From: Selaginella moellendorffii
Lineage: Eukaryota > Plantae > Lycopodiophyta
DNA length: 64,000 nucleotides
Direction of reading: 5' to 3'
Assembly (NCBI RefSeq): GCF_000143415.4
Contig: NW_003314264.1
Span: forward strand, 1,113,650-1,177,649
The translations under genes were made by a program, and so were the position numbers. Each line of letters begins with the position of its first letter. Position 1 is the stretch's first letter. Below are positions 23,414 through 34,768 of this stretch, piece by piece. The notes under the pieces are model-generated. The model was not told where the DNA came from, ran no database searches, and saw only the letters and a program-made list of their open reading frames with translations.

Positions 23414-26400
23414 TTAAATCTCACCACCTATCTGCACCTCTGCAATGGAGAAAAAAATTCAGATTATCTCTCAAAAAAATTCTCCGTTTTACTTACTCTT
23501 TTTCACACTGAGCTTTGGCTCCAAACACTTGCGCATTGCCGTGTTCTTAACCCATCCGAACATTCTATGTGCATATGTCTTCTGAACTTGTTCTAGCTTC
23601 CTCATGTCTGCAGTAGAATCCAGAGAGATGTCGACCAGGTCTTTCACTTTGTCCTTGGATGAGAATGCATCCAAACCTGGAGTGCAAAAGATAACATCAA
23701 GTGATTAAAAATGAAACAGCACAAACGTACCTTCAATGACCACAATGTGTTGGAGACGATCATCTGAAGCAAAATACCGTTCCCATGACTTGAATACCGG
23801 GCGTGATCTATCCCCATCATAGCCTTTTGTCCATTCCTGAAGGCCTTTGCATTCCGGATGAGCATCATGGAGAGCCATTGCCATGGAATGATTTGCAGGC
23901 GTCTTCTTCAGCAATGCTTCTGTGACAAGTTTCCTAGTTCTGTAACGAACACTGCTGGAAGGCACATGGGCCACATTCAAAACCAGACTGGCGTATGGCA
24001 CCTTCAACCCAGTCCAACCTTGAGGCCCTGCACTGCTACTGAACATCTGAGAAAGCTCCGGAGAGCATTTAGCACATGCTAAATCAACATCATGTTTCTC
24101 TGTGTGTTTCACCTGCACCAAAATGAGTGTCATCGTCTCCAGGCTAAACGTGTCACCAAAGAACCCAACGATGACAATGTCTATGCCCCATTCATTTTCA
24201 CGGCAAATGATTCCTACGCCAGCCTTTCCAAATTCAAGCAAATCTTTGGCGGTGAGCTCCTGCAGTCGGAAGTCGGTTTTCCTGAATAGCAAGCAAAAAA
24301 ACTTGGCTTCACCCATGTTTCTGTGGATTTCTTCTTTACCACTTCCATCTATAGAGCCACCTGCTTGTTTTGTTTCCCCATCACCTTCAGCATTGTGCGT
24401 ACTTCCACCTGGAGCTTTCGAGGCCATCAGCGTTGGAGATGGCAACTTCACCTCAGGTGGCGGCGTCTTTACTTTGACCTGCGCTTTTTCTCCTGGAGAC
24501 AGGGACGCTGAAGCCACCTGCGGCTGACCTGAAAATTTTTTGTTTACTTTAACGCTTCTTCCCCTTGTGATACGCTTCAAAGCCGAGGCCGGAGGTGGTG
24601 GCATGTTCACTTCGACCTGCGCTTCTTCTCCACCACCTGGAGCCTTGGGGGTCGGAGATGCTGAATTCTGCTCATCTTCTCTAATAAGATCGGACAGCGA
24701 CTTCCCACTTAAGCCACGGCAAAGCTCGTCAAAAGTAAAGCACTTCCATGAATCTCTGTCTAGACTGTCCACTGCAAGAAGTAGTAGCACCCGTGCAACC
24801 AACTCGCCCCTGTAACCTCGATCAACCCATCCACACTTCATCCCAGTTACAAGTGCCTCCAAGCACTGCTTCCACCCTGTCCCAACCTTCCCTTGTGCAC
24901 GCAAAACCTGTGCTGCAGCCGCTGCAACCAGTGGCTCCGTAGCCCAATGCGTCCAAACAAGAGTCCGGTCATCAGAAATGGACATCACGCTAAGTAGGTG
25001 ACTTGCAACCATATCAGTGATAATTGTGGCATGCGGATTGATGTCGATGCATACTCTGCAGCCCAGTGTAGCCAGACAAGCCTCATGTGATAGACCTCTT
25101 TGAAGCAAAAACTTGTTGAACGAACCAGTGCCACCAAGGAGCTTATCTACAGCCAAAAGCAGCATGTCACCTGCACTTGCGGAAGCCTTCACCAATGCTT
25201 GCCACAGTGGCCGACCATAGCCGCAAAGACGACCCAGATCTTCAACTTGAGCAAGCAGAAGGCCACCTGTTTGTTCGTCCGATGGCAAGTCTGCCAAGAA
25301 AAAGCAGTACGCTGGATGTGCAACTAGCTTTCCCGCCGCAGCCACTCGATCGCTACTAAACCCTAAACCGGATGCCTTATTGGGCGGCGCAAAATTGTTT
25401 AGCCTCCCGTCTGTGTCGGTGAACATCACCGACACACTTCCATTTTCAGGCAACACCCTGGAAGCTCTCCTTGCAGGAACAAATGCAGCAACAGTTGTCG
25501 GATCAGCATGCCAAGTAAACCATCGGGCTTCGTCCATGACAAACAGGACCTTCAGTTTTCCTTTGGCAGGAGCTGGAACACTCGACAGTAGACCTTCAAG
25601 CGTGTTGTACTTCTTAAACACCTTACTCTCCCAGATGCCCCACATATTGGTTTTCTCGCCAGGCTTCTCTTTCAGGTCGACGTCAAGGCAATTAGCAAAC
25701 TCCTCCCGGGCTTTGTTTCCTATCTCCATCTTCGCCTGTACCACGTCCCAAAAGTTCTTCCCAACCATGAGATCGTTCAAGAACTTCTTGGCATCCATGG
25801 GGTCCTCCCCGGAAGTCAGATGCAGAAGAGCCTCGATGCATGACACAAAGTAGTCAATGCAGAAGAGCATGAACCTGCTCTGCGACAAAAGCGTAGGACC
25901 CGAGCTGAGCAATCTGACGGCGTTTGTGTAGAAGAAGTCCGCAAAGGCAGACCTTGGAGGGTACGCGGTGCCAGATGAGGCAAATGAGCAGTAGATGACG
26001 AACACACCTAAATTCGCAAGCTCGCAGGTAGTCCTCGACTTTCCCCAGCCACTCGACTGAACTAACGTGACAACAGGTGCTATCATGGTTTTCTTCGTCT
26101 TCCACATGTCTCCTGTTTCTTCCAGCTTCTCACGCAACGACTCCACGTTGTCTAATCCCCCAACTCTTTGGTACTTCTGCGCAAATGCCGATTCGGCAAT
26201 ACCCTCCACTCTTTTCCAGTATGCAGGTGGCGGCTGGAGGATTTCAGAGAGCTCGCGTTCCAGTTTCCACATATCCTCCTGGAGTTGACTCGCCCGCACT
26301 TTCTCTGAGGCTATCTGCTCCTGTAGTTCGGGATCCTCCCCGGCTTCCCACAATTCGTATTCAAGGTCTGCAATTCCCGTAAGTGCCCCCAGCAGACGAC

Positions 26401-26503
26401 GTTTCACATCAGCAATCGCACCTGTTTTAAGTCGCTTTATCTTCCCCTGCTCTCCCTCTTCATCCGGCTCTCGCCCACGCTTTCTAGATGAAGAGGCAGC
26501 CAT
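23414..26503 (-). CDS. Crinkler-type P-loop NTPase plus PD-(D/E)xK restriction-endonuclease-fold protein (probable exons 26503-23731, 23676-23497, 23439-23414)
   Basis: Walker A LVQSSGWGKSR, Walker B LFVMDEAR, RGYRGELVARVLLL, GIDIVI..LILVQVKH; canonical short GT-AG introns; telo-boxes upstream. Confidence 0.7.
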
Positions 26504-28424
26504 AGCTTGAGCTTAACCCTACAAAGACCTCTCCCGTAAAAACCCTAACATTAAGTACACCAGCGGCTGCCCTAACCCTAACCCTAATTTAACTTTCATC
26601 ACCCCAAACATCATCCTGTTTCAGTCTATCGCAAGGCCAGAAACATGGCAAAGGCGATGCAGATCGTCAAGGGGTGGTGACTTGGCAATGATGGCACGAT
26701 TACATGGCATTTCTCTCTTTCCACTCCCGTCCGACTCTGCTTGTACTTATAAATATTATGGAGTTAAAGTTCCATCCAAATATGTATATGTATAGAAGCT
26801 TAAAATAATGAATGAAAAAAAAAATAAAAAAAAAAATTACATAAATGTTGTGGCTATATAGATAGAATAAAATTTTGCATATTTTTTATTATTGTGGAAG
26901 TCCAAAGTATCATGGAAGCTAATTTATTTAGATACATTAATATGTCTAAAAGAACTGAATTTTATTTTTTATTAAGTTAGTATATCTTCTATTGCATTTA
27001 TCTTTTTTTACATATATATATATATATATAATCATTATGTAATAGTATTAGGTAATTTCTAAAGATATTGTTGATTATTAGCTTCATTATTTTAAAAAAA
27101 AATTCATATCCATCAACAAAACTATAGATTATATAACCTCCTACTAATTTTTTCAATGACAAAAAAACTACACTACATTAACTAAATCCATTACACACCA
27201 AAATTTAGACTAGTTCTAAAATTGATAGCAAACTAAAATTTTAAAAATAATAAATTCTAGCTATTATGTTATAAAAGATTTTTAGAACCAAGATAAACAT
27301 ATCTACCATAACTCTGATATTTTGAAACTTAAATAGAAGTTTCCATTAAATAAGATTAATTTGTAAAAACAACAAATATAGTGTTTTAAGATAGTTACTG
27401 CATAAACTCTATATATACTGTATTCTTATCTCTGTTATATACTATAGACATTCTATACATATTTATAAAGTTATCACCAAAAACCAAGAAATATATTATC
27501 TTTAGTTCTAAATAATATGAAAATTCAAAATTTAAAGAAAGCAGAAGATTCAAGTATAAAAAGCATATCCAAATATCTTGAGACAAAAAAAACAAATTAT
27601 TTGCTTGCAATAGCATTAAAAATGCATGATGACATGCAGGCTAGTTGATAGCATTCACAAGAGCTATTGATAAACTTTGACGGGATTTCCAACCAGAGAA
27701 ATGGCTATTTGTTCCAAACCCTGATCTAAGCTCTCATTATCAAAAACTATCCCCATGATTTGTAAGTGAAAATAAAGCCACTTGACTAAGTACCTGCTGG
27801 AAGCCCTCACAAGTATCATTTGGCTGGAAGTTGCACTTTGCATCCTTTCAACAACAATATCGAAGCAGACTTAACCGTTTAGGGTTTAGGGTTAGCTAAA
27901 CCCTAAACTGGTTCTCACAGCTCTTCCATAAGGTAATGGTCGTCTCCACAAGAATACAGCACAACAAACAACACCACAAATCTGCCAACATCAATATATT
28001 TCCAGCTAGCGGCAAGTCTCTGTGTGTTCCTTTTTAAACATTGCAAGTTGCATCCATTTCCTGAGTAGAAGTTCCACAATGTTTCAGAGCTGCTTTTCAA
28101 GTATTTATCTCATGCACAAGCAACTCTTCTTCTTCCTTCTTCAATGAACAATTGCAAGCAGTGCTACAGAACGGAGCTGCTCCATCATAACAATGATAGC
28201 ATGGTCTGCCTAGCTGCTTCTTTGAAATGTTTGACTCTGATTGCTACACAAGTGTGCTTTACTATGTTCTGATATCTTATAGTGTTATTACTTTTTAAAT
28301 GCTTGTTCAGATTTCTTTATATTTGCAGTTGAGTACTGGCTGTGTATTGATACCTCCCACTTTGAACAGCACGTCCTGTAAACTCTGTATTATTATATAA
28401 TATAAACTATTTAGGTGTTACATA

Positions 28425-29198
28425 TCACTCACATGAACACTTACCATTCTGGAAAAAGTGACAACTGTTGACTTCTCTAATTGTGATTATGCCTTTCCTT
28501 TGCTGAGAAAGATCTCTAGTTGCATCATGGCAATTGATACACATTTTAATGAATTTTAAGATAAGAATTACTTTCTCAGGTTTAGTATGCCCAAAAGCAT
28601 ACTTTAGACATTTTAATTTGCTGTGCATACAACCTCCATACTCTGTCAACTTATTTTCCTTATTTCCACATCTCAAATCTGGCCAAAGTTCATGTACTTT
28701 GCCATTATCATCACTCCAGAAACTTAGTCCTTGTTTTTTCAATGCCTTTTTTTCTTTCCTTTCACGTTCTGTCCCTTGCTTTTCTTTAAACATACTTAAT
28801 TTTTCATAAATATCTTGCATCATAACAGCAGATGCATCAGTTTTATCAGCTTTTACAATAACTTTAAATGCTAACTGAGCCACTTTAAAATTCTCAGAAT
28901 TTGTTACAGCCTGATAATAGTGCCCTCCAAGCCGAAAACATTTTTTCAATATTTTTGAATGACATGCTATAAATAAATCATTTTGCTTCTTCCATGTGTT
29001 ATTTTGAGCTAACATATTTACCATACAAATATAGTCTTTATCATTGGGAATTATGTTATATTTAGACATGCATTTAAAATATATTTTACACTTCTCAACT
29101 ATATAGCAGCAAGCAGTAAGTAAATTAATAAATGTTAGGCATGCACAAGATTGTGTGCCTTGCCTAAAGGGCAGTATATTCATCAGAAAATTTCTCAA
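28425..29198 (-). pseudogene. Degenerate PPR E/DYW-like deaminase C-terminus
   Basis: KMCINCHDAT..IITIRE..CHFFQNGKCSCE; HSK in place of HSE; no terminal DYW. Confidence 0.7.
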
Positions 29199-29573
29199 AT
29201 GGCATTGGGACTAGCCCTATAAATCTTTATGGAAAATGTGGTAAAATCAATGTAGCATTGGAGTTATTTAATAATTTACATTTTCCTAGTACAGTTGAAT
29301 GGACTGCCTTAATTGCAGGGTATAGTTGCTCTGGAAATGTATCTCAAACATTTAGATTATTTTGGGAGATGTTAAGAACTGATAAAAACTTGTGAATGTA
29401 ACTTTTATCCAGGTACGTAGTCATGCAGGGATGATAAACAAAGCAATAATGTATTTTAAATTAATTTTTCAATATGGGACAATATTAGGCATGTCGAAAA
29501 TGGCTAAAGTTTTGGTAAAAAAGCGTTTGCTGCTTTAATTAAGCGGCTGAATCCAGGATAGTACGGCAGGCTC

Positions 29574-30772
29574 ATGAGAATGCGGCTCGAGAATGCTTCG
29601 TCCATGGGGCCGCGCGAGGCGATCTTGGACAAGAAGAGCTCCGTGAGAGATTTCGAGAGCTTCTGGATTCCTATGCTGGGCGATCTCATGGGAGGGGATT
29701 ATCACCACTACAGTTTAGAGGTACGCAAGAATCTTAGATTTTTTCTCTTATTTTCTAGTTTCTTTTGATTTGCTATGTTCTTCGTGGCTGTTCTTCCAGC
29801 TTTGCTTATGAGTTTCTTGCTTTTCTTGCCATCAAACTTTGGTGTTGCTGGTCGGGATTTCTTTTGGTTTTCTCGTTGTTTCCGTGCTCGTATCTTTCAT
29901 GCCTGATCGAGTCTGATCTTGTCGGTGACATTCTTTATTGTTTCGTCCTCTCCATCCATCGCGTTCTTATATCACGATCGTGCCAGGTTTTTACATGGCT
30001 CACGAACAATCCAATGGTCCTACTATCGGCCAAGAGACCGCAGCTCGAGCAGCTGTACGCGACGATGATCTCTTACGCCGGAGTCGTTGGGAGCCTGAGG
30101 CTAGCACGAATCTGGTTCGACGATCTCAAAGGCAAGGGGCTCAAGCAATCGACGAGGTGCTGCAATGCTCTCATCCTCGCCTACGCCAAGAAAGGTGACG
30201 CTCAAACCGCGGTCTCCATCCTCGAACAGACGAAAGCCTTCCGCAAGGGGTGCTCGCCAAACGCAGTCACGTACTACATCCTCATCGCCATGTTTGCGAG
30301 TCTGGGTGACTCGCCAGGCCTCGCAAATCTCCTGCGCGACAGCGAGTGCTCGAGCTTTCGTTCCGACGCCATGACTTACAACACTCTCCTCTGCGGCTAC
30401 TCGAAGATGGGAATGCCGGAGGATTTCGACAAGACACACGGGGAAATGGTGGAGGAACTTAGCGAGGAGAGCTACAAGGCGTTGCTCGTTGGATACTCGC
30501 GGCGGGATCGTCTCGACGAGCTCCAGTGCTGTGTGGGGGAGATGCTAGCCAGGGAGATGAGTCTGGCATCACCGGTGGTGGCAGAAGAGATCGCCAAGGC
30601 TTACAGAAGAAATCGATGGGTGGAAGGATTGGACATGGTGATCCAGCTCGAGGAAAAGAGTCCTGGGATTTCTCCAACGTTCCAAAGCTTTATAAATGCT
30701 TGCGATGACGATTTAGAAAAAAAAGGAGGAGATAAGTTTTTACTTTTTTTTCACTACAATCCATGTGATTAA
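29574..30772 (+). CDS. P-class pentatricopeptide repeat protein (intron ~29721-29986; 3' end uncertain)
   Basis: CNALILAYAKKGD, PNAVTYYILI and DAMTYNTLLCGYSK PPR motifs. Confidence 0.7.
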
Positions 30773-31021
30773 CTTTGAATACTATTTTGTGCGGTCTCTT
30801 CCAGCTTTTTCCAGAATATGGACTCACTGGCTGGAAGGATTTCTTGAAAACCATGCTGCTGGAATTCATGGTACGTGGCAAACAAAAGCTGCAATAAAAG
30901 AAAAATCCCAACAAGAATCCAACAAGGGCTGCAAATTGTAGAAAATTGACTGATACCACTAGCATTCTCTAGTCAATAAGAACGCTGACCAGATAATTCT
31001 GGAAATAGATAAACCCTAAAC

Positions 31022-33384
31022 CTAAACCCCGACCTTTAAATTTAAGCTCGACGTGCCGCCTAGACAGCAGCACCGTTGACCCCGCAAAACCCACCGTGTT
31101 CCGCCCACGGCCCCCCGCCGCGCGTCCCCGTGCACCTTGCAGCACCCCAGCAGCGTGTTCCACGCCACCACATCCGGCTGGAACGGCATATTCCTCACCA
31201 CGTCCTCCGCCCGCCCGGCCCGCCCCAGCACGTCCACCATGCACTTCCAGTGGTCGGGCCATGCCGCCAGGCAGTGGTCCTCGACCATGGACACGAAAAA
31301 ATGCCGCGCCTGGGCGAGCAGGCCGGCATGGCTGCACGAGTTGAGGATGCTGACGTAGGTGACGCTGTCGGGCTGGACGCCCTCGAGGTGCATGTCGCGA
31401 TAAAGGAGGATGGCATATTCGGCGTGGCCGTGGTGGGCGTATCCCGCCACCAGGGAACTCCACGTCACCGTGTCGCGGGCTCTCATGCGGTGGAAGGTGC
31501 GGCGGCGTCTCCCATGCTGCTGCAGCGCGCGTACATGCTAACCAGCGCGTTGCCCAAGGTGACGTTGGTCGTGGATCCTGCGAGAATCTCCGGATTCGCG
31601 GCGCATAGCTCGGCGTGGATGCGCTGCCCCTCGGTGAGCTTACCCAGGCCGGCATGAGCGCACAGGAGAATGACGGCCATGATGCAATCGGGCTTTAGAA
31701 TGGAGTCCGAGATGGTGGAGGCCGAGGTGTTACTGGAGTCCGAGCTCTTCACACTTTTTGTGTGCAAACTAGAGTCCGAGCTCGCAGAAACCGAGCTCCT
31801 CAAGCCCGACTCCATGGTCCTCGAGTTCCCAGCCTTCATCTCCGAGAACAATGCGATCGCTTCCTCGTCGTATCCGTGCTGCACATAAGATCCCATCATC
31901 GTGTTCCATGACACCAAGTTCTTCCTCTCGATCCTATCAAACACCCGCCTTGCCTCCTCCAGGCTGCCGCACCGCGCGTACATGTTGATGAGCGCATTCT
32001 GGATCTGGATCTTGAGCATGAAGCTGGAGGATGCAACGCGAGCGTGGAGCTTTCTCGGGAGGCCGACATCCCCGACCAGTGATCCGGCGTGGATTACGTT
32101 GAGCAGCACCACGCTGTCCGGCTGGATCGACTGCCCGACCATCTTGTCGTAGAGCTCGAGAGCTTTGGATCCATTGCCGTGAAAGGTGTAAGCAGTGAGC
32201 ATGGCCGTCCAGGACACGACGTTCTTGCCTGGGATTCTCTGAAAAATCCTCTCGGCGGCCTCTAGATCTCCACACTTGGCGTAGGCAGTGACAAGCGAGT
32301 TCTCCACGCTCAAATCCGGAGGAGAGTGCACCGCGGCGAGCTCCAGCTGCGAGTGGATCCGCTTGCACGATCGCAAGCACCCAGTGCTCGAGCAGGCACT
32401 TAGAACTCCCAGAAAGCTCACGTCGTCGGGCTTGATCCCTTCCAAGTTCATGCCGTGGAAGAGGCCCATCGCCGCGCAGGACTGTGCGCTCACGGCAAAG
32501 GCCGCGATCATGCTGTTCCACGAGACCCTGTTGCGATCTTCCATCCTCTGGAACACCGCAAGAGCTTCCTCCGTGCTGTCACCCTTCGCGTACATCGAGA
32601 CGAGCGCATTCTGGATCGTGATGCTGCTGTGGAGGCCCAGGTCAATCACGGCGGCGTGGATCTTCCTGCCCATATCAAGAAATTCCCTGCTGGAGGACGC
32701 AGTGATCGCCGCAACGAAGGTCACCGGATTGGGCTGGACGCGAGCTTGGATCATCCCCTCGAGCGTCTCGAGCGCCTGGCGGCAATCCCCAATCTGGGCA
32801 AATGTGGTGATCATCGCAGTCCAGGACACTACATCCTTGGGCGGCATCCGATCGAACACCGCCCTGGCCTGCTCGATCGCTCCACACTTGGCATACATGT
32901 CCCAACGAACACGCTCTTGCGGAGATCCGGGGAGAGAATTCTCGCGTGGATGGCCCTACCCAGCGCGAGATCCTTGGCGCCGGAGCACGCAGCCAGTGTG
33001 CTCACGATCACCATTTCGTTAGGTTCCACATCCATGCGCTGGAAGAGTTGATCGCCTCGCGGCAATGCCCCGACTGCGTAGGCCGCGATGATGCAGCTCC
33101 AAGACACCACATCTTTCTTGGGCATCTGATCGAAGACTGCGCGCGCGGCCGCGAGGCTGCTGGTGCCACCACATTTCCTGTACATCTGGATGAGGAGATT
33201 ACACGCTCCGGAGGAAGTGGCCTGTGACGAGGATGTGATCGTGGACACGGCGGCCGTCGGCGAGCGAGCGGGAGATGCCGCAGCGGCGGAGGATGGATGC
33301 GTAGAGGGCCGCCGATGGCGATCGCAGCTGCGAGAGCGCATCTTGGATAGATGGGAGCACTCGCTTGCCACATTCTTTGCTCAT
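31022..33384 (-). pseudogene. PLS-class PPR pseudogene (several frameshifts)
   Basis: MYAKCG/DVVSWT motifs spread over ORFs in different frames; E domain truncated. Confidence 0.85.
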
Positions 33385-34768
33385 AAGCCCTAGAAGAATC
33401 CTCAATATAGAAAAACATATCTTTTTAGGGTTCTTCTTGGAAGAGTAGGGTGGCGAAATCGAATGGTGGAGGATCTGCAGATCCCCGACCAGCAAAGAAG
33501 CTTCCGCTTGGTTTTTGAGTAGGTACATTTTGCCCTTGTCTTTGTGAAACTTGTTTCTAATATCAACTTTCTTTGCATGCAGCACCGGCTTGCACATTTG
33601 TGTTTATAATTTATAAACGTTCCTAAACACTTTTTAGTATATTCTTGTTTATTCTACCACCTAATGTAATAAAAGGCATGCAGCAAATTTTGGTTTGAGA
33701 AAGAGCGATGGCTATATATTTAGAACCCCCCGAACCTTAAGGAACACATGCTTTGGGCATTCACCCTTAGTACCAAGAGTTAGTCTCTAGGACAAACTTG
33801 AAACTTACTAAATATGGAATGTCTTTATATTGCGAATTTAGACATAGGACGAACACCATTGTGTTCAGAACAATCTTTACATTCCGTAGATATGCCAAAT
33901 GAGCGAATCTAGACACTTTCCATAAATAGCATTTGGGACCGAAATAAAACTAACACAAAGGGCATGATAGAAAGGGTGTTTAGTAGACATGGTAAGCTAT
34001 CATCTAGGGATATTGAGGGACCAAACTCAATATCGTAAAGGTTCTTGATACTAGTAAGTGCAAGCCAATGACACAAGTTTCTCAAACTAAGCCGAGTATG
34101 CTCAACAAGAAACACATAGGGTTCCTACCTTATGTTTATCCAATTTAAGTGCATTGTTATTGACCAATTTCTTGCTATCCCATGACTAAAGATTTTACCA
34201 CACACAAAGTGTTCAAGTCAATTTACCTATACTGGCTCAAACTCAAAAATCAATAAATGGACAAATCAAAGTCAAAGACAATGATAATATCTTAGAGGTG
34301 TCAGGAATCCCCCAATTCTTGCCACATTCCTGACTTGCAGACCACATTCCTAACTCTCAAGACACTTCCCTATTCCTGACTCTCGAGATACTTCCCTATT
34401 TCTGACTCTCGAGACACTTTCAGATTCCTGAGTCTCGAGCCATATTCCTGATGATGATGTGGCGCCTCCTCGACCTCAGCTATATTTAGGCCGTCCTCGA
34501 TCCAAGAGTGGTGGAGCTTCATCAACCTATAGTATATATAGGTTAGCCTTGTTCCATTTCTCCACAATCTGAATCAACGCCAGTCTAAGGCCTCTTCTTT
34601 GTTTCCACTAGTTTTTTCTCTTTGTCTTTTTGCATTTTCCAGTCTTGATTTTGTCAGGGGTCTTGACAGTTTGATTCAGATTGTGTTTTTTCATTTTTTG
34701 ATTTAGCTCATTTTGATTGTTTGATTACCTTTGCCTTTTTTTTCCCCCTTTTTTCTTTCTTCTTGCCA

